Shown piece by piece: positions 1-13,479 of a stretch of DNA of 64,000 bases. A model generated the notes under the pieces. The model was not told the DNA's origin, did not search any database, and saw nothing but the letters and a program-made list of their open reading frames with translations. The stretch's first letter is position 1; the number at the start of each line of letters is the position of its first letter. The stretch lies in assembly GCF_009914755.1 (NCBI RefSeq), contig NC_060930.1. One strand, given 5' to 3'. The DNA is from the human T2T-CHM13v2.0 reference genome, Homo sapiens. The position numbers and the translations under genes are program-made.

Positions 1-1304
1 AATTTACCTATAAACACTGTTTTAGCTGTGTCCCAGAGATTCTGGGACATTGTCTCTTTGTTCTCATTGGTTTCAAATAACTTGTTTATTTCTACCTTAA
101 TTTCATTAGTTACCCAGTAGCCATTCAGGAGCAGGTTGTTCAATTTCCAAGTAGTTGTGTGGTTGTGAGTGAGTTTCTTAATCCTGAGTTCTAATTTGTT
201 TGCACTGTGGTCTGAGAGACTGTTATGATTTCTGTTCTTTTGCATTTGCTGAGGATTGTTTTACTATTAATTACGTGGTCAATTTTAGAAGAAGTTCTAT
301 GTGGTGCTGAGAAGAATATATATTCTGTTGATTTGGGGTGGAGACTTCTACAGATGTCTATTAGGTCCGCTTGGTCCAGAGCTGATTTCAAGTCCTGAAT
401 ATCTTTGTTAATTTTCTGTCTTGTTGATCTGTCTAATATTGACAGTGGGGTGTTAAAGTATCCCACTATTTTGTGTGGGAGTCTAAGTCTCTTTGTAGGT
501 CTCTAAGAACTTGCTTTATGAATCTGAGTGCTCCTGTATTGGATGCATGTATATTTAGGATAGTTACCTCCTCTTGCTGCATTGATCCCTTTACAAATAC
601 GTAATGACCCTCTTTGTCTTTTTGACTTTTGTTGGTTTAAAGTGTGTTTTATCAGAGACTAGGATTGCAACCCTTCCTTTTTTTGCCTTCCTTTGCTTGG
701 TAAATCTTCCCCTATCCCTTTATTTTGAGCCCATGTGTGTCTTTTTACATGGGATGGGTTTCCTGGATACAGCACACTAATGGGTCTTGAATCTTTATCC
801 AGTTTGCCAGTCTGTGTCTTTTAATTGGGACATTTAGCCCATTTATATTTAAGGTTAATATTGTTATGTGTTAATTTGATCCTGTCATTATTATGCTAGC
901 TGGTTATTTTGCCCATTAGTTGATACAGTTTCTTCATAGTGTCAATGATCTTTACATTTTGGTATGTTTTTGCAGTGGCTGGTACTAGCTTTTCCTTTCT
1001 GTAATTAGTGCTTCCTTCAGGAGCTCTTGTAAGGCAGGTCTGGTGGTGAGAAAATCCCTCACATTTGCTTGTCTGTAAAGGATTTTATTTCTCTGCTTAT
1101 GAAGCTTAGCTTGGCTGGATATGAAATTCTGGGTTGAAAATTCTTTTAAGATGTTGAATATTGGCTCCCACTCTCTTCTGGCTTGTAGGATTTCTGCAGA
1201 GACAGATCCACTGTTAGCCTGATGGGCTTCCCTTTGTGGGTAACCTGACCTTTCTCTCTGGCTGCCTTAAATTTTTTCCTTCATTTCATCCTTGGTGAAT
1301 CTGA
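1..1304 (-). mobile_element. L1PA (about L1PA7/8 age) fragment: ORF1 3' part and ORF2 endonuclease region, continuing past the window start
   Basis: The minus-strand ORF 191-466 is L1 ORF2 endonuclease (FNTPLSILDRSTRQKINKDIQDL), and ORF1 sequence runs to 1304. Confidence 0.92.
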
Positions 1305-1391
1305 AAGTCATGGTTTTTGATAGGGATTGCATTGAATCTATAGATCACTTTGGGTAGCATGAACATTTTAACAATATTCTTTCAATCCATG

Positions 1392-2542
<1,151 letters not shown>

Positions 2543-5143
2543 CATGAACACAGGATATCTTTCCATTGATTTGTGTTTTCTTCCATTTTTTCCTCATTGT
2601 TTTATGGTTTTCAGTGTACAGGCTTCTAAGTCCTTCTTTAAATTTATCTCTAAATATTCTTTATGCTATTATAAATGGGATTTTTTATTTCGTTTACATA
2701 TAGTTTGTTAATGCATAGAAATGCCACTGATTTTTATGTGTTCATTTTTATCTTGCAAAATTACTGAATTTGTTCATCAGGGTTCTAGTAGTTTTTTCTA
2801 CTTATAAGATCACATCATTTGCAAACAAAGACAATTTTACTTCTGACTTTCCAATTTGGATGCCTTTTATTTCTTTTTCTTGCCTAATTGCTCTAGCCAG
2901 GACTTCCAGTACTATGTTGAATAGAAGTGGGGAGAGTAAGCATCCTTATTTCTAATCTTAGAAAAAAATTTTCAGTTTTTCACCATTGAGTATGGTGTTA
3001 CCTGTGAGCTTGTCTTATGTGCTCTTTATTATGTTGAGATACACTCCTACTATATCCAATTTGTTGAGAGGTTTTATCATGAAAGAATCTTGAATTTTGT
3101 CAAATGCTTTTTTTGCAACTATTACAATAAGCATATGATTTTATCTTTTCTTCTGCTAATGTGGTGTATCATATTTATGGATTTCATATGACATGTTTTT
3201 TGAAAATAATCAATGTTATAAGATGTCACATATTTTCACCACTTTGCAAAGCAAACATCATATTTTATCTTGATAACTATTAGCCAAATTTCATCACAAT
3301 TAATTCTTTCCTAAGCATATTTATGACAAGTTAATTAAGAAAAATGGGAAATGCTGACTATCCCACCTAAAATAAAAAGAAAAAAATCGTTTGTTTTCTT
3401 CAGTCAAGAAAATATAAGCTTCTCTAAGTGACAGAAAAAAATTAAGTGTTATCCAGTGTTCAGCAACAATATTCTTTATACATAGGAAAAGTTATCCTTG
3501 AGTAAGAAATACATTCATCGATAGCAGAACTGAACATGCGTCACGAAAGTTTGCATGCCTAGAGCCTATAATATCTGAGCCAACTAGACCCCTGGCCACA
3601 ATGGTGCTCACATCTTCCTAAACAAGGTGGAAATCACCTCCTATATGGCATGCTTCTAGATATGTGGCAGGAAACACTTTAAAGTGGTTACAAGAATTTG
3701 CACTAGATGATTCTTTATTTAGAATGTCATTAGGAGAAACAGTTTTGACCTTCAAATAGTAACAGACCTTCAAATTTTCCTTTGGAATTGAAGTATGCAG
3801 CAGCTTTATACTTTGAACATTAAGGATTTTTAATATCCAAAACCTAACCAATTTGTAGCTGGAGCTCAAGTCAGCCTCACCATACAAAATAGATATTTCC
3901 AGAAAAGACTCCAAAAAATAATTGCTTTATTACACTAAAATTCAGTTAGGTACTTTTTATAACCACAAATATTAATGTAACCTCAACTCTTCTAAGGCTC
4001 TTACTGCAAGTGTATACTAATCGCATTTCACTGTCCCTTGTATCTAGCATAACGTCTTTTAGGGAGAAAGATTACTGTTTCCAACTCCACCGAAGCAGTT
4101 CTTGGAGAATATATTAGCAAAATATATTATGTGATAAAAGATTTGTATTCAAAATATGCAATGAACTCATAAAACTCAACAAAAAGATAATAAACAACCC
4201 AATTCATAAGGACAGAAGATCTGAAAACCTCCCCAAAGAAAACCCAAACTCTTTATGGATTGTACATAAGCATATGAAAGATGCTCAACATTACATGTTA
4301 TTAAGGAATTGCAAATTAAAATAACAACGGGCTATCACTATATCACTATTAGAATGGCTAAAATACAAAAACAATACTAGCAATACCAAATGCTGGTGAG
4401 GGTGCAGAACAGTAGAAACTCTCATTCATTTATTGCTGGTGGACATGCAAAATGGTGCAGCCACTTTGGAAGACAGTTCAAAAGTTTCTTACAAAGCTAA
4501 GCATGCTCTTACCGTAAGATTTGGCAATAGTTCCTCTAGGTATTTACTTGATTGAGCTGAAAACTTATGTCCACACAAAACTAAATGTAGTCTCACCATA
4601 GGATCTAGCCATTATGCTCATTGGTATTTACCCAAATAAGTTGAAGAAGTTATGTCCACACACACAAAAAAAACTGCATATGAATGTTTTAGCAGCTCTA
4701 TTCATAATTGCCAAAATTTGGAAGCAACACAGATGTCCTCCAATAGGCCAATAGATAAACTGTGGTATGTTCTTACAGTGGAATACTACTCAATGATAAA
4801 AAGAAATGAGCTATCAAGCCATACAAAGGCATAGAGGAACCTTAAATGCAAATTGCTAAGTAAAAGAGGTCAGTCTGAAAAGGCTACATACTGTCTGATT
4901 TCAACTATATAGCATTCTAGAAAAGGCAAAACTATAGAGACAATAAAAAAGGTCAGCTGTTGCCAAGAGTTTGGAAGGAGTGGAGATGAATAGTGAGCAC
5001 AGGGGATATGTAGGGCAGTGAAAGCATTCTGTATGATACTTTAATGATGGGTTCATGAGATTACATGTTTGAGAAAATTCATAAAACAATGCAAAACAAA
5101 GATTATAATTTCATGTAAACTATGGACTTTAGGTAATAGTAAT

Positions 5144-6284
5144 TGATATGGTTTGGCTCTGTGTCCCTAACCAAATCTCACGTCAAATTGTAATCCCTAG
5201 TGTCAGAGGAGGGGTCTGGTGGGAGGTCACTGAATTATGGGGACAGACTTCCCCATTTTTGTTCTTGTGATAGACTTCTCATAAGATGTGGTTGTTTGAA
5301 CAATGAGATACCATCTCACACCAGTTAGAATGGCAATCATTAAAAAGTCAGGAAACAATAGGTGCTGGAGAGGATGTGGAGAAATAGGAACACTTTTACA
5401 CTGTTGGTGGGACTGTAAACTAGTTCAACCATTGTGGAAGTCAGTGTGGCGATTCCTCAGGGATCTAGAACTAGAAATACCATTTGATCCAGCCATCCCA
5501 TTACTGGGTATATACCCAAAGGACTATAAATCATGCTGCTATAAAGACACATGCACACGTATGTTTATTGCGGCACTATTTACAATAGCAAAGACTTGGA
5601 ACCAAGCCAAATGTCCAACAATGATAGACTGGATTAAGAAAATGTGGCACATATACACCATGGAATACTATGCAGCCATAAAAAATGATGAGTTCATGTC
5701 CTTTGTAGAGACATGGATGAAATTGGAAATCATCATTCTCAGTAAACTATCGCAAGGACAAAAAACCAAACACCACATGTTCTCACTCATAGATGGGAAT
5801 TGAACAATGAGAACACATGGACACAGGAAGGGGAACATCACACTCTGGGGCCTGTTGTGGGGTGGGGGGAGGGGGGAGGGATAGCATTAGGAGATATACC
5901 TAATGCTAAATGATGAGTTAATGGGTGCAGCACACCAGCATGGCACATGTATACATATGTAACTAACCTGCACATTGTGCACATGTACCCTAAAACTTAA
6001 AGTATAATAATAATAAAAAATAAAATAAAATAAAATAAAATAAAAAGATGTGGTTGTTTGAAAGTGTGTAGCATCTCACCCTTTGCTCTCTCTCTCTCCT
6101 GCCAGCCATGTGAAGACGTGTTTGCTTCCCCTTCACCTTCCTCCGTGATTGTAAGTTTCCTGAGGCATCCCCAGCCATGCCTCCTAAACAGCCTGCAGAC
6201 CTGTGAGTCAATTAAATCTCTTTTCTTTTTAAATTACCCAGATTCAGGTAGTTCTTCACATCAGTATGAGAATGGACTAATACA
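5144..6284 (+). mobile_element. MSTA-like (ERVL-MaLR) solo LTR, split by an L1PA
   Basis: TGATATGGTTTGGCT...ggactaataca with a 5-bp TSD gtaat (5139-5143 / 6285-6289). Confidence 0.85.
5301..6044 (+). mobile_element. Young 5'-truncated L1 (L1PA2/3-like)
   Basis: Open ORF2 C-terminus (5303-5803), 3'UTR, (TAAAA)n tail and a perfect 18-bp TSD aagatgtggttgtttgaa (5283-5300 / 6045-6062). Confidence 0.95.
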
Positions 6285-6818
6285 GTAATATGCCAATATT
6301 AATCATTCATTAGTTGGAATACAGGTACCACAAGAGTGCAAAATATTGTTGGTGTGCAGGGGAAGATAGCATATGGGAACTCTGTACTATCTACTCAGTT
6401 TTTATGTCCAAAAAATAAAGTCTAAGAATTAAGGAGGAAAAGCAAGTCAAGTAGTCTGTATTTTAATTTAGCTGATTATTCTCTGATGAGATGCTTTACA
6501 CTTGGTCTGACCCTTTGCTCTATGAAGAAAAAAGTTTATTCTGTACAATGCCTGGGATTGGGTGTTAAGGCAATTGGAAGCCATTCATTGATATGTATCA
6601 TGTTAGCTTAACAATCTACACATCGATTCTGCTTGATCAACCTGCATGCCTGAGCACACAGATCAGGAACAAAGGGCGGGAGAAGAGAGTGAAGAGTTGG
6701 TATTTGCATTACCCAGGGCCTTCAGGAACACTTGTGCAGAATCAATTGCAGCAACTGTTAGTCATCACAGGTTACCCTGGAGGACTGATCTGCTTTATAG
6801 AGTAGGGTGTCAGTGAAG

Positions 6819-7070
6819 ATGTTCACAGCAGTAAGCACAATGGCGGACGTTTTCGTAGCTAGCTCTAGTCACCTAGGCAGGGAACAACTAGGCCTGGAGA
6901 GTCAGGGAAGGGATTTACAGGTGCCTCTGTATTTCAGGAAGCTCTCCCATGATCTGCAAATGACTTTCCCTTACACTAAGAAAGTTGGGGCTTATTTGGT
7001 TGGCAAAATGATCAACAAGGGTCCTTTTGCCAAAGTCATAGAAGGGCTGGGTCTCCCCATGGGTGAAAAG
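6819..7070 (+). pseudogene. HUNK-like pseudogene exon 1, coding part (N-terminus and Gly-rich loop)
   Basis: ATG at 6819 (A at -3) opens 84 codons ending ...FPYTKKVGAYLVGKMINKGPFAKVIEGLGLPMGEK. AAG|GCAAGT at 7070/7071 is a GC-type donor, phase 0. Confidence 0.88.
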
Positions 7071-7932
7071 GCAAGTACACATTGACAAATAGATCCAACT
7101 CTCATGCCTATCCATTATCTGATATGATATTAAGTAGAAAATGATAATTTTTCTATTTCATAGCTTGGTCTACAACCTAGATTTTCTGAGAAGGCTCAAA
7201 TCATTTTAAATCAATAAAAATCTTGAAGTTTTGATTATCTGTTTGTTAGTTCAGAAACATGTGTGTTCCAGCTAAGTGTGTTTACATATATTATTTTCAC
7301 AACAGATAAAAATAAATTCAAAGAAATAAGATTTTAAAAATCACATTGTGACTTGTTTTATTTTCTTATCCAAATAAAATGCTTCTTTATCTGTTTTTGC
7401 TGAAAACAAAGGGAAAAAGTCTTGCTTTAAACTAACAACTATCAAAAGAAAAATTAATAGAAAATTCTAATGAGTTTTCCTAGAATCCATTAAAGCTAAT
7501 TTTATTGGCATATATAACTTCTTTCCTATTATTTTTATTTCTGATCCAACTACTTTTTTTGGCTGTGGTTGAAATATGTTCCAAGACGTAATATGTTATT
7601 TTTATTAATAAATACGTTCTTTATAATTAAAAAGACAATCATATCAGCTTTGCTGAGAGCTATGTCAGAAAAGTTGACAAAAAGACCAAATAGATTGCTG
7701 AAATATAATTACATTTTAGTATAGTTAGTATCAATTCTTAATTATTAAAATGTTAGCTTTAGATATTTATTAAGGCATGATACTTTATTCACATCCTAAT
7801 TTTACAAAATTACATTATAAAATTTCTGTTACTACTTATTCTCCTGGTTTTGTGCTTAAAGAAAAAAAGCCAACTTTGGCTGTTTTTATTAGTAACCTTC
7901 ACTGAGCATCATTTACATCCTCAATTATTTAG

Positions 7933-8222
7933 GTAGCCATCAAAGGCATTAGCAAGAAGAAAGCCAAGCAAGACTCCTATGTTCTAAAGAATATAAAGTG
8001 TGAATCTTGGATCCAGTAAATTGTCAAATACCCTAATGCTTCCCAGCTACAAACCCTGGAGACTAAGAACTCTTATTATGTGATGATGGAGCTATGCCTC
8101 AGTGGCAACCTCATGAACAGGATCTGGGATCAAAAGAAACTAAGTGAAAGGGAAGTGAAGATGATCTTCAGGCAGATGTTGTCCGCAATGGAGCATGTGC
8201 ACTGGCATGGAATGGTACACAA
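7933..8222 (+). pseudogene. HUNK-like pseudogene exon 2 (VAIK to the His of HRD)
   Basis: Acceptor tatttag|GTAGCCATCAAA. Translation: VAIKGISKKKAKQDSYVLKNIKCESWIQ*IVKYPNASQLQTLETKNSYYVMMELCLSGNLMNRIWDQKKLSEREVKMIFRQMLSAMEHVHWHGMVH. TAA at 8017-8019. The expected donor after 8222 reads ggatta, with no GT. Confidence 0.92.
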
Positions 8223-10212
8223 GGATTATGCATTTTTTTTCTTCTCAGGCAGGAAAAGCCACCAAAGCCCCCAAGTTTATGAAACCCTTGACATGTCAAT
8301 CACTGACAGTAAGCCCAGCATAGGCTCTATAGCTAAATGCAAACTAAGGGAAGATCGGTGTTCTTGAGAAGTTTCTCACTGAGTATGCCATCCAGGGGAA
8401 AGCAGGCACCAGCTCACAGGGCTCACAGAGCTGACCCAAGAGTAACCAATTCTTCCTCTCCTTACAGTGTTTAGGTAGAAACTTACATTTTGTGAAAACT
8501 ATGATTGTAGTTTAGAGGAAAACTTTAATTTTCTTATAAACAAAATATATAAAAGTCATAAAATGTGGCACTGATATTTGTGGGAGGGATTTCTGCAAAT
8601 TTTTGTGGGCATAATGATTTGGAGGAAACTCTAATTGAGGCCAGCTTACGGTATTAGCTGGTTTACAATGTGGTCTGTTCTTCCCATCCATCCAGATTGT
8701 TTAAATGCCTTATAAAATGTGTTATGATTTGGGAAAGAGCATAGATACTAATTCCCAAGATCCCTCATACACTAAACTATACATAACTCATTCCACAGCG
8801 TTGTTTTGTGTCTCCCTTTTCACTTCAGTAGAACTCCAGAGGCCAGAAAAGGATTTCAAGTCATTCTGTAACTTAGTGCTAGAGTTTTTCTTCCCTAGTC
8901 ATCCTTGCATTCTTATCATATGTGACCCCTTTCCATAGCACACAAAAATACTTATATGTTTCCTTGAATGGGAGAAACTCCAGAAAAGGAGAATAGTGAA
9001 TTTAATATCAGAGACACACTAAAGATACATACCCAAACGAGTCTTGTAAGGGAAATGGTTTCTGACAAACTTCTGATTATTGTTTAAACAAATGACTTGT
9101 TCACATATTCAATTGCTTAATGATGTCAAGCTTATAATCACTACACATGGGTGTGTATGTAACACATCCATGGCTAGAGAAGGTGAAAGTCCCTGCTGCT
9201 TTTCACAGTGAGGTCCAAGAATAAGAAGGCAGAAAACTCCACTCAGGGGGCCTCCCATGCATTGCTTCACACAGTTCAGAAGGCCCCACTCTCTGCCTAC
9301 CTTCTGTATAACCATGCCTTCTCCTCCTTGGAAAAGCCTACACGCCAAAGGACAGAAGAGACAGACAGAACAAACAACTTCCATAAAATGCTCGGTGGAG
9401 GCAAGGACTAAACTCCATCTGAAAACATAATCTTGTTTCTAGTGTTTATGCTTTAATTCTCTGTTTTAAGCCCACCCTAACTGCTTCTTCTGCTTATGGT
9501 TAAAATATACAGAGATCACTTACTGCATACATTATCTTTGTATGTAGTGATGCATATGCAAATATATTATGTTATTTAATGCTCTTGAGTCTCCAGTGAA
9601 GTGTTGGTAATCTCCATTCCCACAGATATTTGGATGCCATCATTAACGCCTCTGAGGCCTCACAAATTAGGGGTCCTTCTCAGGGACCATGCTTACGGGA
9701 CTCTGCCCCACTCCCACTGTGAGACTCACACAAGTGGATGACTGAGAGAAAAACCTAGAAGACTATCATTTTATTTTTTTTCAATTAGTTCATTCTTTAA
9801 AAGACAACAAAAAATATAATGGCTTATATTCACATAATATTTGATGATAATACTCCAATCTTCTTCCACACAGTCTCCTGAGGAGGTCCTTCTCAGATAT
9901 TTAGGGTATTGGTTCAGTTAAGCCAAGTTTTATCTGCCTAAAATGCTGGACAGGAGAAAAGTGCTCGGCATGATTTATCCTGAGTCCCATGTTCCTGACA
10001 GACAATCCTGAAAATGATGCTATCTTTATACAAGATTCTGCCCGGTTGCCTAGGAGTTATTTAGTGATTTTAAGTGCGTTCGTTCCAACTATGGCTTGAT
10101 TAGAAAAAGAGAAACTCCATTTGTTTGATTAATTTCCTAATGATTCACATAAAGACTCTTTATCATTTATTTCTCCTACTAAGAAATGAATGGTAAGGAA
10201 CTTTATATGAAT

Positions 10213-10432
10213 AATTTTATTTTATAAATAAATATATTTTAAAATTTTATTTTATAAATAAATATATTTTAAAATTTTATTTTATAAATAAATATATTTT
10301 AAAATTTTATTTTATAAATAAATATATTTTAAAATTTTATTTTATAAATAAATATATTTTAAAATTTTATTTTATAAATATATTTTAAAATTTTATTTTA
10401 TAAATAAATATATTTTAATATTTTATTTTATT
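10213..10432. repeat. Pure-AT minisatellite, 30-bp unit, about 7 copies
   Basis: Repeating unit aattttattttataaataaatatattttaa; lines 10261 and 10321 are identical. Confidence 0.95.
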
Positions 10433-10439
10433 TAGTTTT

Positions 10440-10780
10440 AGTTTTAAATGTTTTATTTTTTACTTCTGTAGGTACATAGTAGGTATATATATTGATGGGG
10501 TACATAAGATGTTTTGATATAAGCATGCAATGTGAAATAATCACATCATGGAAAATGGGGTATCCTTTCCCGTTTATCCTTTGTGCTACAAACAATCCAG
10601 TTATACTCTTTTCATTATTTTTAAATGTACAATTAAATTATTGGCTATAGTCACCCTGTTGTACTATCAAATAGTAGGTCTTATTAACTCTTTATATATT
10701 TTTTGAATCCATTAATCATTCCCACCTTCTCTCTAAACCACACCTCCCCACTCAGTCCCCACTACTCTTCCCAGCCTCTG
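10440..10780 (-). mobile_element. L1MA (L1MA1-3-like) 3' end
   Basis: gtacatagtaggtatatatattgatggggtacat...gcatgcaatgtgaaataatcacatcatgg is the antisense L1MA 3'UTR. Confidence 0.82.
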
Positions 10781-10985
10781 TGGTCTCATATTTTTAATAC
10801 AAGATGATTCCCAAATGAGTGGTCTGCCCTTGTCAAGTCAAAACTATGAACAGAAAGCTGAAAGAATATTGTCTCCTCTGCTGGTGCTTTTTTTTTCTGG
10901 AAACTTGAGGAATTTAATCCATTATCAATTTTAAGGCTGAAGCCAAGAAAGGATCCACTTTAGCATAAAGTGCAATATTCTAAAA

Positions 10986-11275
10986 TAGCAGTCCCCAACC
11001 TGTTTGGCACCAGGGACCAGTTTTATGGAAGGCATGGACCAGAAGTGAGGGGGCGGGTGGTTTCAGGATGATTCAAGCATGTTACATTTATCATTAGATT
11101 ACCATAAGAAGCACACAACCTAGATCCCTCACATGCATAGTTCACAATAGGGTTTGTGCTCCTTTGAGAATCTAATGCCACCACCGATCTGACAGGAGAC
11201 AGAGCTCAGCTTTGGTCACTCACTGCTCACCTCCTGCTATACGGCCCGGTTCCTAATAGGGGATAGGGACTCCTG
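10986..11275. mobile_element. MER1B-like hAT-Charlie DNA transposon
   Basis: gcagtccccaacctgtttggcaccagggacc ... gggactcctg, with an 8-bp TSD ttctaaaa (10978-10985 / 11276-11283). Confidence 0.88.
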
Positions 11276-11334
11276 TTCTAAAACACAAAACACTAATATT
11301 GGTATATAAGGTTTACTTTTCTTGATGTCTTTAG

Positions 11335-11387
11335 GGGCTTGAAGATTGAAAATTTTCTTGTGGATGTACACAATATCAAAATTGTTC
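11335..11387 (+). pseudogene. HUNK-like pseudogene exon 3 (catalytic loop)
   Basis: Acceptor tgtctttag|G GGC TTG AAG ATT GAA AAT TTT CTT GTG GAT GTA CAC AAT ATC AAA ATT GTT C = GLKIENFLVDVHNIKIV (cf. DLKIENLLLDEDNNIKLI). The donor is degraded to ataagt. Confidence 0.88.
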
Positions 11388-12384
11388 ATAAGTATAAATG
11401 TCTTTGTCTATTTCATTAATTCAGCAGATTAATGAAATAATTGATTAGTTAATTATTTAATTAATGAAATTTTAAATTCTTTGAAACACAGGCCTAAAGC
11501 ATCTCAGAAGGCAGCATTAAGAGTCATATTATTTTATCCAGGTGGAGTGATACTATTTCAAAAAGTGGTGGAAACATACCTTCACCCAGTTGAAGCATAG
11601 ATAAAAATGTACGATGCACACATAGTCTATTATCATGTTAAGCTATCAAGAAACAAATTACTTAAAGTGATGTTTCATTTAAAATATTGTATGATTAAGT
11701 AAAAATCTAAATTTGGCATTTTATAAGTGTAGTTATATATGACATAAATACATATTCTGTTGTCTGTAAAATCATTCCATCGTTTTTTTCAAAATGTTAT
11801 TCTATTCCAAATAATCTTGGCAAAAATAATCTTAAGAAGTTCTTATACCTAAACATTTCTGTTGCTTTTCAAGAATTGCTAAGTGAAGTCTGAGCAATTC
11901 TCACTGAAGTAATAAAATTCTGAAAATAACCTGCATCCTTGAAGCTTAGAGGTCTGCAGTGAGGCTTTCAGAGGAGCCTGGAGACTGCCTGTCAGTCTTG
12001 CTGTGTGAATCCTTGAGAATTTACAGCTTTCAGGACATGGACCCAGCTTTGAGTCCTTCCAGGCCAGTCATGCTCACTAGGGGTAATTTTATATAGTCCA
12101 AGATCCAAGACCCCAGATACTGACGCTCTGTTTTTTCTGGTTACCATTGTCACTCGGGAAGCTTTGCAGGCCCTCAGTTGAGGACCAAAGGGCCTCTCAC
12201 TTCCGCTTCCTTCCCTGGACCCTTGGCTATCCAGGTGGACCGGCAGACAGCTTTTTCCTACTGAACCATGATTGCATAAAGCAGGGGCTGTCCTCTCCCC
12301 TTACATGTAACGATCAGCAAAGGCTGTTCTACTTACTGACTTTGTATAAATAGACAAATTGTGCAAGAAAAATAACAAGAACAA

Positions 12385-12560
12385 TAATAATAACTGATAT
12401 CTAATGGAGCACTTATGATGTGTTCCAAACCTTTAACCTCTATTAGCATTTTAATCCATATAAAAACCTATGAGGTAGATACTAATATTTCCCCATTTTG
12501 CAGATGAGGAAATTGAGTCATGCAGCAGTGTAACTGTGATTCCAACCCTAAAAGAGTCAG
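12385..12560. mobile_element. MIR SINE remnant
   Basis: MIR core: aacctatgaggtagatactaatatttccccattttgcagatgaggaaattgag. Confidence 0.7.
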
Positions 12561-13026
12561 GCAAAAAGCAAAAATGAGTAGAGTAAACCCAAGTTCCCGA
12601 GGTAATAGAGAGTGGTGAGTGGTAACCCAAGAGCAAAGTCTGGACTAACAGGCCAGACATTAAGTGCACTCATCAAGATCTACAGACAGGTAAACTTTGC
12701 AACATAGTGGAATGCAAATGGCAAGTTATGTTATACCACACATAACCTAAAGAAAACATTTCTAGAGAGCTGGCAAAAAATAAAAATAAATAAAAATAAA
12801 AGCCCAAGAATTTGAAGCAATAAACTAAATGATTTTAAATAAGAACAGTGCCTCACCCTGTTTTCTTGCATCCTTATTCTCATGAGAATTGCTGCTATAA
12901 AATATTTTCTACTGAATTATTTTATCAAGTTATTCATAGACCCTCTTTATCCAAGTGCTGCTCAGAAGTATTCAATTTCTCGGCCAGAGGCGAGATTCTT
13001 GGTCTGTCCATTTGTAAATCTTTCAG

Positions 13027-13165
13027 GCTTTTGATTGAGTAATACTGAGAAGTTGGAGGGTCTTTCTCAGGAGCAGTTAAGTACTCAGGGTGGAAGTCCT
13101 GCCTATGCGGCCCCTGAACTGCTTGCTCATCAGAAATATGGCCCCAAAGTGGATGTCTGGTTCAT
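13027..13165 (+). pseudogene. HUNK-like pseudogene exon 4 (DFG, activation loop, APE, subdomain IX)
   Basis: Acceptor tctttcag|GC TTT TGA..., translating as F*LSNTEKLEGLSQEQLSTQGGSPAYAAPELLAHQKYGPKVDVWF. The donor AT|gtaagt at 13165/13166 is intact. TGA at 13032-13034. Confidence 0.94.
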
Positions 13166-13479
13166 GTAAGTAAATCACCAACCTCCTGTGTTAGGTTAGG
13201 AACTCTTCGTGATAATCCCTTCGGCTTTAGAGCTGCGTGAAACCTGGCAGTGAGGGGGAGAGAGTGTTACGGAAAGCATTTTTCCTCACTCTAAGTTTAA
13301 GAAATTACACATACACATCAACTACATCTTAGCAAAACTGCTGCACAGTTATAGTGCTGAAAATGTGGGGGATCTGTAAAGATGTGAAGATTCTGTGACC
13401 TGGTGGTCAACATTTTATTTCACTTTCAAATTCAAAGCAACACAAGCATTTGAAAGGAACACATTTTGGGCTTCCCCTG

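Larger units (their letters stand above)
4120..6425 (+). mobile_element. Old L1M (L1MC/MD-like) 3' region, interrupted by MSTA
   Basis: Degenerate ORF2 C-terminus and 3'UTR sequence (atgctcaacattacatgttattaaggaattgcaaattaaa...; ctctgtactatctactcagttttt). Confidence 0.75.
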
